NCBI GenBank assembly: GCA_963843145.1
Contig: CAWJJC010000020.1
Coordinates: forward strand, 160,001 to 224,000
Origin: an uncultured delta proteobacterium
GTDB taxonomy: Bacteria > Desulfobacterota > RBG-13-43-22
DNA: 64,000 nt
Direction: 5' to 3'
A model generated the notes under the pieces. The model did no database searches, was not told the DNA's origin, and saw only the letters and a list, made by a program, of their open reading frames with translations. The position numbers were made by a program, and so were the translations under genes. This document shows, one piece after another, positions 17,648-27,471 of the stretch; the stretch's first letter is position 1; every line of letters starts with the position of its first letter.

Positions 17648-18968
17648 GGCCCGCCCTTTCCCGCCGGGGAGGTTTGACCTCTTCTTTGACATCGGCAATG
17701 GACAGGGTGGGCAAGAATTTGGAAAATAAAAAGAAAAGGAAGAAGAAGATACTGAAGGCCCCGAAGAGGATTCCGTACTCCACCCAGGTGGGACCGGGAT
17801 AGATCCTCCAGATATAAGGATCATAGGCGTGGGCCGGGGAGCCGAGGATGATCACATAACGCTCATACCACATGCCCACGACCACCATGACGGCGATGAC
17901 CGTCAAGGTGATGGTGTTGGTTCGAATTTTTTTGAAAAAGTAAAACAGGGGGGCGACGGAATTGCCGAAGACCATCAACCAGAACCATTCTTTATAATAG
18001 CCGACCATGCGCCAGTAAAAATTGTCCTTTTCCGTAGGATCCCCGCTGTACCAGGAGATGAAGTGTTCGGTCAGATAGGAATAACCCATGATCAAGCCGG
18101 TGAGGATGATGGTCTTGGCGATATTTTCCAGGGTCTCCAGGGTGATGATGTTTTCGAATTTATAGATGCGCCGCAAGGGGATCAACAAGATGAGCACCAT
18201 GGCCAGACCGGAATGGATGGCCCCGGCCACAAAATAGGGCGCGAAGATGGTGCTGTGCCAGCCGGGTAGAATGGACAGGGCAAAATCCCAGGAAACCACG
18301 CTGTGCACGGAAATGACCAGAGGGGTGGCCAGGGCGGCCAGCAGGACGACCGCCCCGCCGTAATGACGCCACTGCCAGTGGGCCCCGGTCCAGTTTAAAG
18401 AAAAAAGTCCGTACACCTTGCGCCGCAGTCCCTGGGATCGGTCACGGATGGCCGCCAGGTCGGGAATAAGACCGGTATACCAAAAAAGGACACTGACGGT
18501 AAGATACGTGGAAATGGCGATCACGTCAAAAACCAGAGGGGACTGGAAATCAGGCCAGAGATTGCGCTGATTGGGATAGGGCAGGATCCAGTAAACCACC
18601 CAGACCCGGCCCAGGTGAATAAAAGGAAAAAGCCCGGCCACCATGACGGCAAAGACCGTCATGGCCTCGGCACTCCGGGATATGGCCGTTCGCCAGCGGG
18701 CCCGAAATAGAAAGAGGATGGCCGAGATCAGGGTGCCGGAATGGGCCAAGCCGACAAAAAAGACGAAATTGACCAGATAGGTGCCCCAGGCAATGGGGTG
18801 ATTGGGCCCGGCCACACCGAGGCCCATCAGGATCTGATAAGCCCAGCACCCGGCCCCCACCAGGATGCCGAAGAACCAGAAGGCCACGATGCCCAGATAG
18901 CGATTTCCCGGCGGGGCCATGGCCCGCAAAACTTCCTGATTGACGCTGCCGTAAGGTAAATCCTTCAT
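17640..18968 (-). CDS. actC: Alternative complex III quinol-oxidising subunit ActC (NrfD family)
   Basis: NFVFFVGLAHSGTLISAIL, HLGR, SPLVFDV.AISTY, SVHSVVSWDF, GMWYERY. Confidence 0.92.
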   Translation of the reverse strand: MKDLPYGSVNQEVLRAMAPPGNRYLGIVAFWFFGILVGAGCWAYQILMGLGVAGPNHPIAWGTYLVNFVFFVGLAHSGTLISAILFLFRARWRTAISRSAEAMTVFAVMVAGLFPFIHLGRVWVVYWILPYPNQRNLWPDFQSPLVFDVIAISTYLTVSVLFWYTGLIPDLAAIRDRSQGLRRKVYGLFSLNWTGAHWQWRHYGGAVVLLAALATPLVISVHSVVSWDFALSILPGWHSTIFAPYFVAGAIHSGLAMVLILLIPLRRIYKFENIITLETLENIAKTIILTGLIMGYSYLTEHFISWYSGDPTEKDNFYWRMVGYYKEWFWLMVFGNSVAPLFYFFKKIRTNTITLTVIAVMVVVGMWYERYVIILGSPAHAYDPYIWRIYPGPTWVEYGILFGAFSIFFFLFFLFSKFLPTLSIADVKEEVKPPRRERAGHV

Positions 18969-18970
18969 CC

Positions 18971-21934
18971 TCAGGCCTCAAAAATATCCGTTATCCTCTT
19001 TAAATAAATGACCGCCGGCTTGGTATTGAGATGACCCAGGACCTGATAACGGCGCGTGTCCTGGATCAATTGGGAAACACGGCTTTTCGGGTCAAGGAGG
19101 TTTCCAAAAATCAAGGCCTCGGTTGGACAGGTCTGGGCGCAGGCCGTGGTAAATTCCCCGTCTCTCACTTTGCGGCCTTCGGCTCTGGCCTGAATCTTGG
19201 CCCCGATGATCCGCTGGACGCAGAAGGAGCATTTTTCCATGACCCCTTTTTGACGAACCGTCACCTCGGGGTTGAGCTGCCAGTCCAGAGGACTGGGCCG
19301 CGTATAGTTAAACCAGTTGAACCGCCGGACCTTATAGGGGTCGTTTTGCAGACAAAAACGGGTACCGATACACCGGTTGTAGGTCTGGTTGTTCAGCCCT
19401 TCCGGGTTATGGACCGGGGCATAGACCGGGCAGACCGATTCACAGGGGGCGAAGTCGCAGTGCTGACAGAGCATGGGCAGCCAACGGGCCACCCCTTCCT
19501 GGGGGTCAAAGTAACGCTGAATCCGGATCCAGGACATCTCCCGGCCGTTGAGGACCTGCTCCTTTCCTACGACCGCCACATTGTTCTCGGCATAGCAGGC
19601 CGTCACGCAGGCCGAACAGCCGATGCAGCGGTCCAGGTCGACGACCATCGCCCAGCGGTATTCCTTGTGCTGGTGGGCCGGATAAAAATCCTTTCGGGGG
19701 TCGACCCCTTGCGGTAAAGGCAGGTCGAGGTGAGGGAGTACCGCGGATTTGAGGGCTTGCTGGTAATCCTTCAGGGTCATGACCTGCATAATTTCCCGAT
19801 CGTGCTGGAAAAAGCTCCCGTCCACGTGGGCCAGGACGATCTGCCGGCCCTGTTTTTGAAGACTGACCCGCAGGGCCGGTCGGTGCAATCCCCCTGAAGG
19901 GGGATCGATAGCCGGAGACAATAACGACAGGGGATTGGCCGGATGCCCATCGGCATACCTTCCATAATTCCAATGGCCCTGTCCGATGGGCAAGGCCAGG
20001 ATCCCGGGAGGAACCGTATATACGGGATAGGCCGGCACCTCCAGACTGCCGTGAGGAGATCGAATCAGAAGCACCTCCCCTTTTTGAATATCCAAGGTCT
20101 TGGCTGTTTCCGGGTGAATCTCCAGCCAACCATCCCAGGTAATCTGGGTCAGGGGATCGGGAAGCTCCTGGATCCAGGGTCGATTGGCCCCACGTCCGTC
20201 AAAAAACTGAATCGTCGGGTAAAGGGTCAAAGGCAGCGTTTGATCGGACCTCGAAACCGATTCGAAATCGGGAAAAGAGAAGGAAAAGTCCTTTAGCGGG
20301 GAAGGGGGGTTCCCGGGTTTGGTTTCTTTCCAGGCCCCTCCTCTTTCCATGGCCTTCTGCCAGAATTCTTCCGGAGAAAAATCCATTTCCATTTCCTTTC
20401 CCTTTTGGGACCAGGAATTCCGGAGGAACTGATAAAAATCTTTCCAGGGAAACTTTTCCGGGCCCCTGACCCTTTTCCCGGAAGAAAGCAGGATATCCCC
20501 TAACGGCCGGGTCTGGAAGACCGGTCCCATCACCGGCTGCATCAGCCCGGAGACCCCCTCCCGGGGCGCATAGTCCCCCCAGGATTCCAGGAAGGTAGGA
20601 TTGGGCAGGACCAGGTGGGCCCGGCTGCTGGTCTCGTCCAAATAACTCGAAAAGCTGACCACCAGCGGGACCGCCTCCAGACCCTGTTGGAATTCCGAGG
20701 AAAAGGGGAGCGTAAAGGCGGGGTTGACCTGCCCCAGGAGCAAAAGATCGACCGCTCCCCTCTTCATTCGCTCCGAAAGTTCTTTCATCCCGGCCAGAGG
20801 GGACGCTTGGCCATAGACCAAAGGACTTTGGAAATCCATGGTTTGTTGGGTGCCCGGTTTAACCAGGCAGAGGAGATTGGCCGTTACGGCCGCCTCGAAG
20901 GCCCGAGGCCCGGAGAGCCCCTGCCCCTCAGCCAGGACCAGCGGTCTTTCGGCCCGGATAAACCTCCCGGCCAGATTCCGGATCACCGACGCCTGGACCC
21001 CGGTCCTTTGGCTGATCCTTTCCAAAGAAAAATTTTGAAGGGCCCTGGCCAGCGCCGGCCTTTGGTCGGCAGGAAAATGGCCGAGTGTTCCTTCATCGAG
21101 CAGCACCCTAAGCAGACCCAGGCCGATGAGATACTCATCCCCCGGAGGGACGAAAATCCGCTGATCGGCATTGTTGGCCGTCAGGGAAAGCCTCGGCCCC
21201 ACGAAGATGAAGGGATTTCTGCCTTTTGGCCGCAGCGAATGGAAAACGGCAAATTGCCGGGCAAATTCCAAATTGGAGATCCAGGTCTCCAAAAAACCGG
21301 CCCCCAGGGAAATAAGAAAATCGGCCCGATCGATCCGGTAATGCGGAAAACCATCAAAGTGAAAAACGGCCTGGTTGGCCCGGCGCAAGGGCTCATAGGC
21401 AAAAGACTCATAGAGCAGGAGTTCCCGGGAACCCATTTCCGAAAGCCAGCGGGAGGTTAAGTCCCTTAAGCTGCCGTTCAGCAATTCGCTGACAAAGACG
21501 ATCCGTTCTCCCCGGCCTTTACGAACCAGGTCCTTCAGGGTTCGAACCAGGATTTCTTCCCCTTGATTCCAGGACACCGGGGCCATTTTCCCCTTCCCCT
21601 TCTTCATTAAGGGTCCGGGAAACCGATCGGGATTATAAAGCCCCTGGAGTGAAGCCTGCCCGCGGGCACAGAGTTTTCCTCCGCTGACCGGATGGAGGGG
21701 ATTTCCCTCCACTTTGATTACCCGGCCATCCCGGTTCTTGGCCAGAAGGCCGCAGCCGGCCGGGCACTCCCGGCAAGTGCTGGCATACCAGCTTGCCGCG
21801 CCGGGTATCAGGTCTTGGGGGGGAGATAGATAAGGGATCAGGTCATTGGGGGTAGTGGAGGAGCAGCCTAAGGCGGCGCTGGTCCCCGCCAGACCAATGA
21901 TCTTTAAAAAGTCCCGACGCTCGAGCTTATACAT
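18971..21934 (-). CDS. actB: Alternative complex III subunit ActB (molybdopterin-oxidoreductase-like domain plus PsrB/NrfC-type Fe-S domain), Tat lipoprotein
   Basis: ERRDFLK...LGC signal, CRECPAGC, KVEGNPLHP, ANRPWIQELPDP, CIGCSAC, CQHC..APC..VCP, CIGTRFC, GVMEKCSFCVQRI. Confidence 0.92.
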   Translation of the reverse strand: MYKLERRDFLKIIGLAGTSAALGCSSTTPNDLIPYLSPPQDLIPGAASWYASTCRECPAGCGLLAKNRDGRVIKVEGNPLHPVSGGKLCARGQASLQGLYNPDRFPGPLMKKGKGKMAPVSWNQGEEILVRTLKDLVRKGRGERIVFVSELLNGSLRDLTSRWLSEMGSRELLLYESFAYEPLRRANQAVFHFDGFPHYRIDRADFLISLGAGFLETWISNLEFARQFAVFHSLRPKGRNPFIFVGPRLSLTANNADQRIFVPPGDEYLIGLGLLRVLLDEGTLGHFPADQRPALARALQNFSLERISQRTGVQASVIRNLAGRFIRAERPLVLAEGQGLSGPRAFEAAVTANLLCLVKPGTQQTMDFQSPLVYGQASPLAGMKELSERMKRGAVDLLLLGQVNPAFTLPFSSEFQQGLEAVPLVVSFSSYLDETSSRAHLVLPNPTFLESWGDYAPREGVSGLMQPVMGPVFQTRPLGDILLSSGKRVRGPEKFPWKDFYQFLRNSWSQKGKEMEMDFSPEEFWQKAMERGGAWKETKPGNPPSPLKDFSFSFPDFESVSRSDQTLPLTLYPTIQFFDGRGANRPWIQELPDPLTQITWDGWLEIHPETAKTLDIQKGEVLLIRSPHGSLEVPAYPVYTVPPGILALPIGQGHWNYGRYADGHPANPLSLLSPAIDPPSGGLHRPALRVSLQKQGRQIVLAHVDGSFFQHDREIMQVMTLKDYQQALKSAVLPHLDLPLPQGVDPRKDFYPAHQHKEYRWAMVVDLDRCIGCSACVTACYAENNVAVVGKEQVLNGREMSWIRIQRYFDPQEGVARWLPMLCQHCDFAPCESVCPVYAPVHNPEGLNNQTYNRCIGTRFCLQNDPYKVRRFNWFNYTRPSPLDWQLNPEVTVRQKGVMEKCSFCVQRIIGAKIQARAEGRKVRDGEFTTACAQTCPTEALIFGNLLDPKSRVSQLIQDTRRYQVLGHLNTKPAVIYLKRITDIFEA

Positions 21935-22042
21935 GGATAACTTTCCGGGATAGAACAACAGTCAGGGATTTTTTAGGCATTGCCAATCGGACCTGGGGGC
22001 ATTTTACCTAAATAATAAAATAAGTAAATGGGGTTATTTGAT

Positions 22043-22240
22043 TTAGGATGAACCTTTATGGACTACATTACATTCATTGCATCCGCAGACCGGGCAGGTG
22101 ATCGTTTCAGTCAGCTCACTCTTTGGTTCATCCTTCCCAATAACCCGATCCATGAACACCTTGAACCCGTGTCCGCATTCCCGGCATAAGGCTTCCACTT
22201 CCTCTTTTTCCAGGTCTTCCAAATTCTCTTTTTGCTCCAT
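22043..22240 (-). CDS. Small zinc-ribbon/rubredoxin-like protein
   Basis: CRECG...CPVCGCNEC; RBS GGGAGG upstream. Confidence 0.72.
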   Translation of the reverse strand: MEQKENLEDLEKEEVEALCRECGHGFKVFMDRVIGKDEPKSELTETITCPVCGCNECNVVHKGSS

Positions 22241-22259
22241 GGCTCTTTCCTCCCTTTGA

Positions 22260-22560
22260 ATTTATCGCTTGGCCCTCATGGGTGGGCACCCTGGATTTAA
22301 TACGAAAATAGAACTCGGCACCACAAAGCCTTTATTAACAATTAATAATTAACAATTGATTATTAATTATTATTGGATGCCTAGGTGGTACCCAGTTTTA
22401 TTTTCGTATTAATCCCCCATGGCCGGGGCGGGCACCCCGAAGCATGAAAATGGTATTCTCCAAACCTTATGCCTTGAACCTTATACCCTGTGCCCTATTT
22501 TCGTACTAATCCCCTCTCTATCCTGGCCGTCCGTCCCGAAGGGCGCACAACGAAATGAAG
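22260..22560. repeat. Compound palindromic intergenic repeat (three family A copies, AT-rich hairpin core, heptamer run)
   Basis: GGATTTAATACGAAAATAGAACTCGGCACCAC pairs with GTGGTACCCAGTTTTATTTTCGTATTAATCC around an AATTAATAAT/ATTATTAATT core; heptamers AACCTTA-TGCCTTG-AACCTTA-TACCCTG-TGCCCTA lie between two direct copies. Confidence 0.75.
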
Positions 22561-22573
22561 GAATTCCCTTCCC

Positions 22574-24000
22574 TCAGTTGCCCGGGATCAGGCAGCGGGC
22601 GGCCGCTCCGGCCAGTTCATAGAGATAACCGGGAAAAAGTCCCCCGCCGACGATGATAACGATCAAGGCCGAGGTGAGCAGTCGGGTCGCCGGGGATAAG
22701 GAAATCCGCGGCAGCTCTTCATCGGGGTCAAGGAAATAGGCCGCCTTCACGATCAGGGCATAATAGTACAACGAAACGGCCACATTGATCATGCCGATCA
22801 ACACCAGATAGAAATAGCCATTTTTCATGGCCGCGGCAAAGACCAGGAATTTCCCGGTGAAGCCGATGGTGGGGGGATTCCTCCGAGGCTGAAAACACCG
22901 AGCAACAGCGCCAAAGCCAACAGCGGGGAGCGGCGATGCAATCCGGCCAGTTGAGCTACCTGCAAATCGCGACCGGGGGAGGCGGCTTTGACCAGTACCA
23001 GAAAGCAGCTAAAGCTCATCACCAGATAGGCCAGGGCATAAAAGATGGCCCCGGCGAAGCCGGCCTCATTCAAACTGAGGATGCCGATCATTACATACCC
23101 GGCCTGGGCAATGGCGGAGTATCCCAGCAGCCTTTTGAGGTCCTTCTGGACCATGGCCCCCAGGTTGCCCAGGGTCATAGAGGCTATGGCCAGCACGGCC
23201 AGGACGTGGACCAACGGTCGGCTGCCGCCCCCGCTTAAGGAGACCAGGCGCAGCAGGATAGCTATGGCCGCCACTTTGCTCGCCGTGGCGATGTAGGCCG
23301 TCACCTGGTTGGCCGCTCCCTGATAAACACTCGGCGCCCAGACATGGAAGGGAAAGAGGGCCAGCTTGAAAAAAAACCCGCTTAACGTAAAAATCAGGCC
23401 GATGAAGGCCAGGGGCGATCCCAGCAGACCGGGAAGCACCCGGAGGAGTTCCCCCGCAAAGGTGGTTCCCGTAGCGCCGTAGAGGGCCGCCAGACCGAAA
23501 AGCATCACCGCCGAAGTGGTGGCCCCGATCAGGAAATATTTAATTCCCGCCTCCAGAGCCAGGTCGGGCCCTTTCCGCAAGGGGACCAACAGGTAGAGCG
23601 AATAACTGGCCAGCTCCAACGCCACGTAGAGGGTGAGCAGCTCCACACTGCTGACCAGGATCATCATGGCCCAAGTGCCCAGGACGAGGAGAAAATAAAA
23701 CTCGGAGTGGCGCCCCGCACTGATGTCGCTCAATTCCGAGCAGAGGCCGACCACGAGAAAAAGCCCCAGCGCCAGCAGGACCTTGAAAACCTGGGAAAAA
23801 AGATCCACGCGGAAAACCTGGGCGAAGAATAAGCCCTCCAGTCGGACGGCCCCCAGGCTGACGGCAACGCCCCCGGCCGTCAGGAAAAGGGCCAGACGAT
23901 AATCCCGTCGAGGGTTGGACCGGGAGCGCGTGGCCAAGACAAAAAATACGCCGGCCACCAGGAAAAAATAAGCCTCGGGGATGAGGGGCATCCAGTTCAT
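22574..24000 (-). CDS. nuoN: Complex I subunit N (single-base deletion in a C-run near 22873)
   Basis: ELASY, EAGIKYF, FKLALFPFHVWAP, KRLLGYS; adding one C restores GIPPTIGFTGKF and joins ORF 22574..22828. Start MNWMP overlaps the nuoM stop. Confidence 0.9.
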
Positions 24001-25478
24001 CGGGGCAAGGTCTCCATGAATGGGAGCACCGCGGTTTGAATCAGATCGAGCATCAGCCTTGGCCAGAGACCGAAGAGGACGATTACCGCCACCAGAATCA
24101 TCCGGGAAAGCCCCAGGCCGAAAGAAATATCGGGCAGATGCGCCCAACGCTCATTTCGCGGTCCGTAAAAGGTCTTTTGAACCACGCGGAGCATAAAAAG
24201 GGCGCTAACCGCCAGGGAAGAAATCGCCAGGACGCCGAGAACGGGGTAAACCTTTAGGGCCGAGACAAAGACGGTCACCTCCGCCCAAAAATTGGCGAAC
24301 CCCGGCACCCCCATGCCGGCCAGCGCGCCCAAGATAAAATAGGCGGAAGCGATGGGCATAATCGCACTCATCCCCCCCAGCTCCGGGATCATCTTGGTCC
24401 CGGTCCGGTCATGGAAATACCCTACCGAAGAAAAAAGCAGGGCCGTCATCGCCCCATGGGCAAACATCTGGAAGACGGCGCCGTTCAGGCCGCCCACGGT
24501 GACCGTGGAGAGACCCAGTCCGACGATTCCCATGTGGGAGACACTGGAGTAAGCGACCACATACTTGAGATCGGTTTGGGTCAGCCCGACAAAGACCCCG
24601 TACACAATCCCGATGGTCGCCAGAACGGCCATCCACTCCGCCCAATACTGCCACCCCAAGGGGCAGAGGGCTATGGCCACCCGCAGCACCCCAAAGGCCC
24701 CCAGCTTCATGAGCACTCCGGCATGAATCATACTGACCGAGGTCGGGGCGGCCACATGGCCCGAAGGGGACCAGGTGTGGAAAGGCCAGACTCCGGCCAG
24801 AATACCAAAGCCCAGATAGAGAAAAATGAAGGCCAATTTTTGTTGAAAGGGCGTGAAAGTCCCGGGACGCATTAAACTGACCAGATCGAAGGTCTGCAAA
24901 CCCGATTTCACGAAGAGATAAAGGATGGCCGGCAGAATCAGAGCGCTTCCCGCCAGTAGAAAGAGGAACAGCTTCATGGCGCCGTATTCTTTCCGCGTGG
25001 TGCCCCAGATCAGGATGAGGAGAAACATGGGGAAGAGCGAGACATCATACCAGACAAAGATAAAAAAAAGATCCAGGCTCATGAAGAAGCCGAAGACCCC
25101 CATGACCAGCAGGAAGTAGAGGGCAAAGAACTCCTTTACCCTTTCTTTCAGTTCCCACATGGCCAGCACCCCGGTAAAGTGAACGATCCCGGTCAAGAGC
25201 AGCAGGGGCAAATTAAAACCATCCGCTCCGTTGAAATAATGGATGCCCAGCGTTTTGACCCAGGAGACCTTTTCCACGAACTGGAGTCCGCCCTGGGATC
25301 GGTCATAAGCGATGAAGAGATAGATGGAGAGCAGCAAAGCGATTCCGGAAAAAACCGTACTGACCCCACGGATCAGGACTTTTCGTTCAGCGGGGATAAA
25401 AAGGATAAGCAGAAGACCCGCCAGGCAACTGAGCAGAATCGCCGTCAGCCAGGGAAATCCGGCCTGGTCAAGGTGCAT
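23997..25478 (-). CDS. nuoM: Complex I subunit M
   Basis: WPFHTWSP.GHVAAPT, GVLMKLG, KYVVAYSSVSHMG, QMFAHG. Confidence 0.93.
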   Translation of the reverse strand: MHLDQAGFPWLTAILLSCLAGLLLILFIPAERKVLIRGVSTVFSGIALLLSIYLFIAYDRSQGGLQFVEKVSWVKTLGIHYFNGADGFNLPLLLLTGIVHFTGVLAMWELKERVKEFFALYFLLVMGVFGFFMSLDLFFIFVWYDVSLFPMFLLILIWGTTRKEYGAMKLFLFLLAGSALILPAILYLFVKSGLQTFDLVSLMRPGTFTPFQQKLAFIFLYLGFGILAGVWPFHTWSPSGHVAAPTSVSMIHAGVLMKLGAFGVLRVAIALCPLGWQYWAEWMAVLATIGIVYGVFVGLTQTDLKYVVAYSSVSHMGIVGLGLSTVTVGGLNGAVFQMFAHGAMTALLFSSVGYFHDRTGTKMIPELGGMSAIMPIASAYFILGALAGMGVPGFANFWAEVTVFVSALKVYPVLGVLAISSLAVSALFMLRVVQKTFYGPRNERWAHLPDISFGLGLSRMILVAVIVLFGLWPRLMLDLIQTAVLPFMETLPR

Positions 25479-25566
25479 CGCTGTTCCCCCTCCGGAAGAC
25501 GCTCCCGATCTTCATTTCCCGGATATTCAATTTTAAACCACCGCTTTTCATTCCCGTCTCATTTTC

Positions 25567-27441
25567 CTATATAAAGAAAAAGTAAAGTGCCACCAATCCC
25601 ACTACGGACAAGGGCACCAAGAGGTTATACCGCAAACGGCCGGATTGAAGATAGGAGACCACCCGCCCGCTGCCCACGGTGAATTTACAGAACCCGTCGA
25701 TACCGCCGTCGATCACCTGCCGGTCATTACGGGTAAAGAGGTTGGCGAAAGTGCGATAAACCACCTGTTCCAAAAAGATCCGGTAAAAATGGTCCAGGTA
25801 CCAGCGCTCGGCCAGAAAGTTCCGGAGTAGCGGAATTCGCTCCACAAAACCTATCTGTTTGGAACCCTGGCGGCCGAACTCAAACCAGGCCAGCGCCAGG
25901 GCGGAGAAGACCAATCCCAGGGAACCGACGGTGACCCAGTCCCAATGAGCCGCGCTACTCTGCCGGCCCAGAAGGAAACCTTCCAGGGGGGCTTCAAAGA
26001 ACCCCAGCACACTAATAAGGATCGCCAGAATAATGAGCGGTCCGGCCATAGCCCAGTAAGCCGAGACGGACGGGCGACTTTCATTTGGATCATCCGGGTC
26101 CCTGTTTTTCGGGAAGAGGATGATCAAAATGGGCCGGAAGGTGTAATAGGGGGTCAGAAAGACGCCGAGAAACCCGACCAGGAGCCAGACGGGATTTTTC
26201 AGCCCGGTCAGCGCACCCAGGATGGCCTCCTTGCTGAAGAAACCCGCAAACGGCGGGAGTCCGGAAAGGCTGGCCCCGGCCAGAAGGAGACAGACCATGG
26301 GAATCTTCAGTCCCCGGCCCGAACGCCGGCCTATTTCGAACATATCATTGGTCCCAAAATAGGCGACCCAGACCCCCGAGCAGAGAAAGAGCAACGTCTT
26401 AAAGGCGGCGTGGGTCGTCAGATGAAAGATCCCGGCGAAGTACCCCCCTGCGCCTAAAGCCATAAGCATATATCCCAATTGGCTGATGGTGGAGTAGGCC
26501 CAGACTTTTTTGATATCCCGGTCCACCAGGGCCATGGTGGACGCCATGAGCATGGAGAGGCCCCCGATGGCCAGAATGACGGTCAGGGCCACGGTGGAAT
26601 GGCTGAAAAAGGGGAAAAGACGGGCCAACAAGTAGACTCCGGCGGCCACCATGGTGGCTGAATGGAGCAAGGCGCTGACCGGCGTGGGGCCTTCCATGGC
26701 ATCCGGGAGCCAGGTCAGGAGAGGGAACTGGGCGCTCTTGCCCACCACCCCGCCGAACATCAATAGCGCGCAAAGGGTGATGAGTCCTGAAGACAACCGG
26801 GCGGGGACTTCGGGGCTGTTCATTTCCAGGATATTCAGGTTGCCCAGGTTTAGCAGTACCAATAATAGCCCGATGAAAAAAGCGACATCTCCCAGACGGG
26901 TCATGACGAAGGCCTTTTTTCCGGCCTGGGTGGCGCTGAATTTTTCAAGCCAAAAACCGATCAACAGATAGGAGCAGAGGCCCACCAGCTCCCAAAAAAA
27001 ATAGAGCTGGAGCAGTGAAGAGGAGAGGGTCAGGGACATCATGGCCCAGGCGAAGAGGGAGTGGAGGGCGTAATAACGGGCCAAACCCGGGTCGCCGGCC
27101 ATGTAGCCCAGGGAGTAGACCTGCACCAGGAAACTGATTCCGGCCACCACGGTGAGCATGAGCAAGCTGGCCGGATCCAGTAAAAAGCCGAAGGGTATAG
27201 AGATATTCCCGCTGACGAACCACTGACCGGCGTGGAGGATCGGGTGCTCCAGGTCCCAATGGACCAGGAGCAGAAAAAGGGTGCTGCCCAGAGAAACCGC
27301 GACCGCCCCGATGGAGATAGCGGCGGAGATCCTGGGATAGGGCCGGACAAAAAGGATGATCAGCATAAACGCCAGGAAGGGCAGCGTGACCGCTGTCGCC
27401 ATGGCCAGGAGCGTCGGGTCCTTAAGCAAGGTCAGGAGCAT
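25567..27441 (-). CDS. nuoL: Complex I subunit L
   Basis: WELVGLCSYLLIGF, GKSAQFPL..WLPDAMEGPTPVSALLHSATMV, AYSTISQLG. Confidence 0.95.
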   Translation of the reverse strand: MLLTLLKDPTLLAMATAVTLPFLAFMLIILFVRPYPRISAAISIGAVAVSLGSTLFLLLVHWDLEHPILHAGQWFVSGNISIPFGFLLDPASLLMLTVVAGISFLVQVYSLGYMAGDPGLARYYALHSLFAWAMMSLTLSSSLLQLYFFWELVGLCSYLLIGFWLEKFSATQAGKKAFVMTRLGDVAFFIGLLLVLLNLGNLNILEMNSPEVPARLSSGLITLCALLMFGGVVGKSAQFPLLTWLPDAMEGPTPVSALLHSATMVAAGVYLLARLFPFFSHSTVALTVILAIGGLSMLMASTMALVDRDIKKVWAYSTISQLGYMLMALGAGGYFAGIFHLTTHAAFKTLLFLCSGVWVAYFGTNDMFEIGRRSGRGLKIPMVCLLLAGASLSGLPPFAGFFSKEAILGALTGLKNPVWLLVGFLGVFLTPYYTFRPILIILFPKNRDPDDPNESRPSVSAYWAMAGPLIILAILISVLGFFEAPLEGFLLGRQSSAAHWDWVTVGSLGLVFSALALAWFEFGRQGSKQIGFVERIPLLRNFLAERWYLDHFYRIFLEQVVYRTFANLFTRNDRQVIDGGIDGFCKFTVGSGRVVSYLQSGRLRYNLLVPLSVVGLVALYFFFI

Positions 27442-27471
27442 CGCTGTTCTCTGGATTCATTAAGCCAACAC

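Noticed and set aside
18971-21934. ActB as an active molybdoenzyme, or the cluster as Qrc
   Set aside because: Fused B1-B2 architecture plus ActC, D, E and F homologues fit ACIII; a Mo site cannot be supported from sequence alone.
22260-22560. CRISPR array
   Set aside because: Units are degenerate, partly inverted and irregularly spaced, and no cas genes are present.
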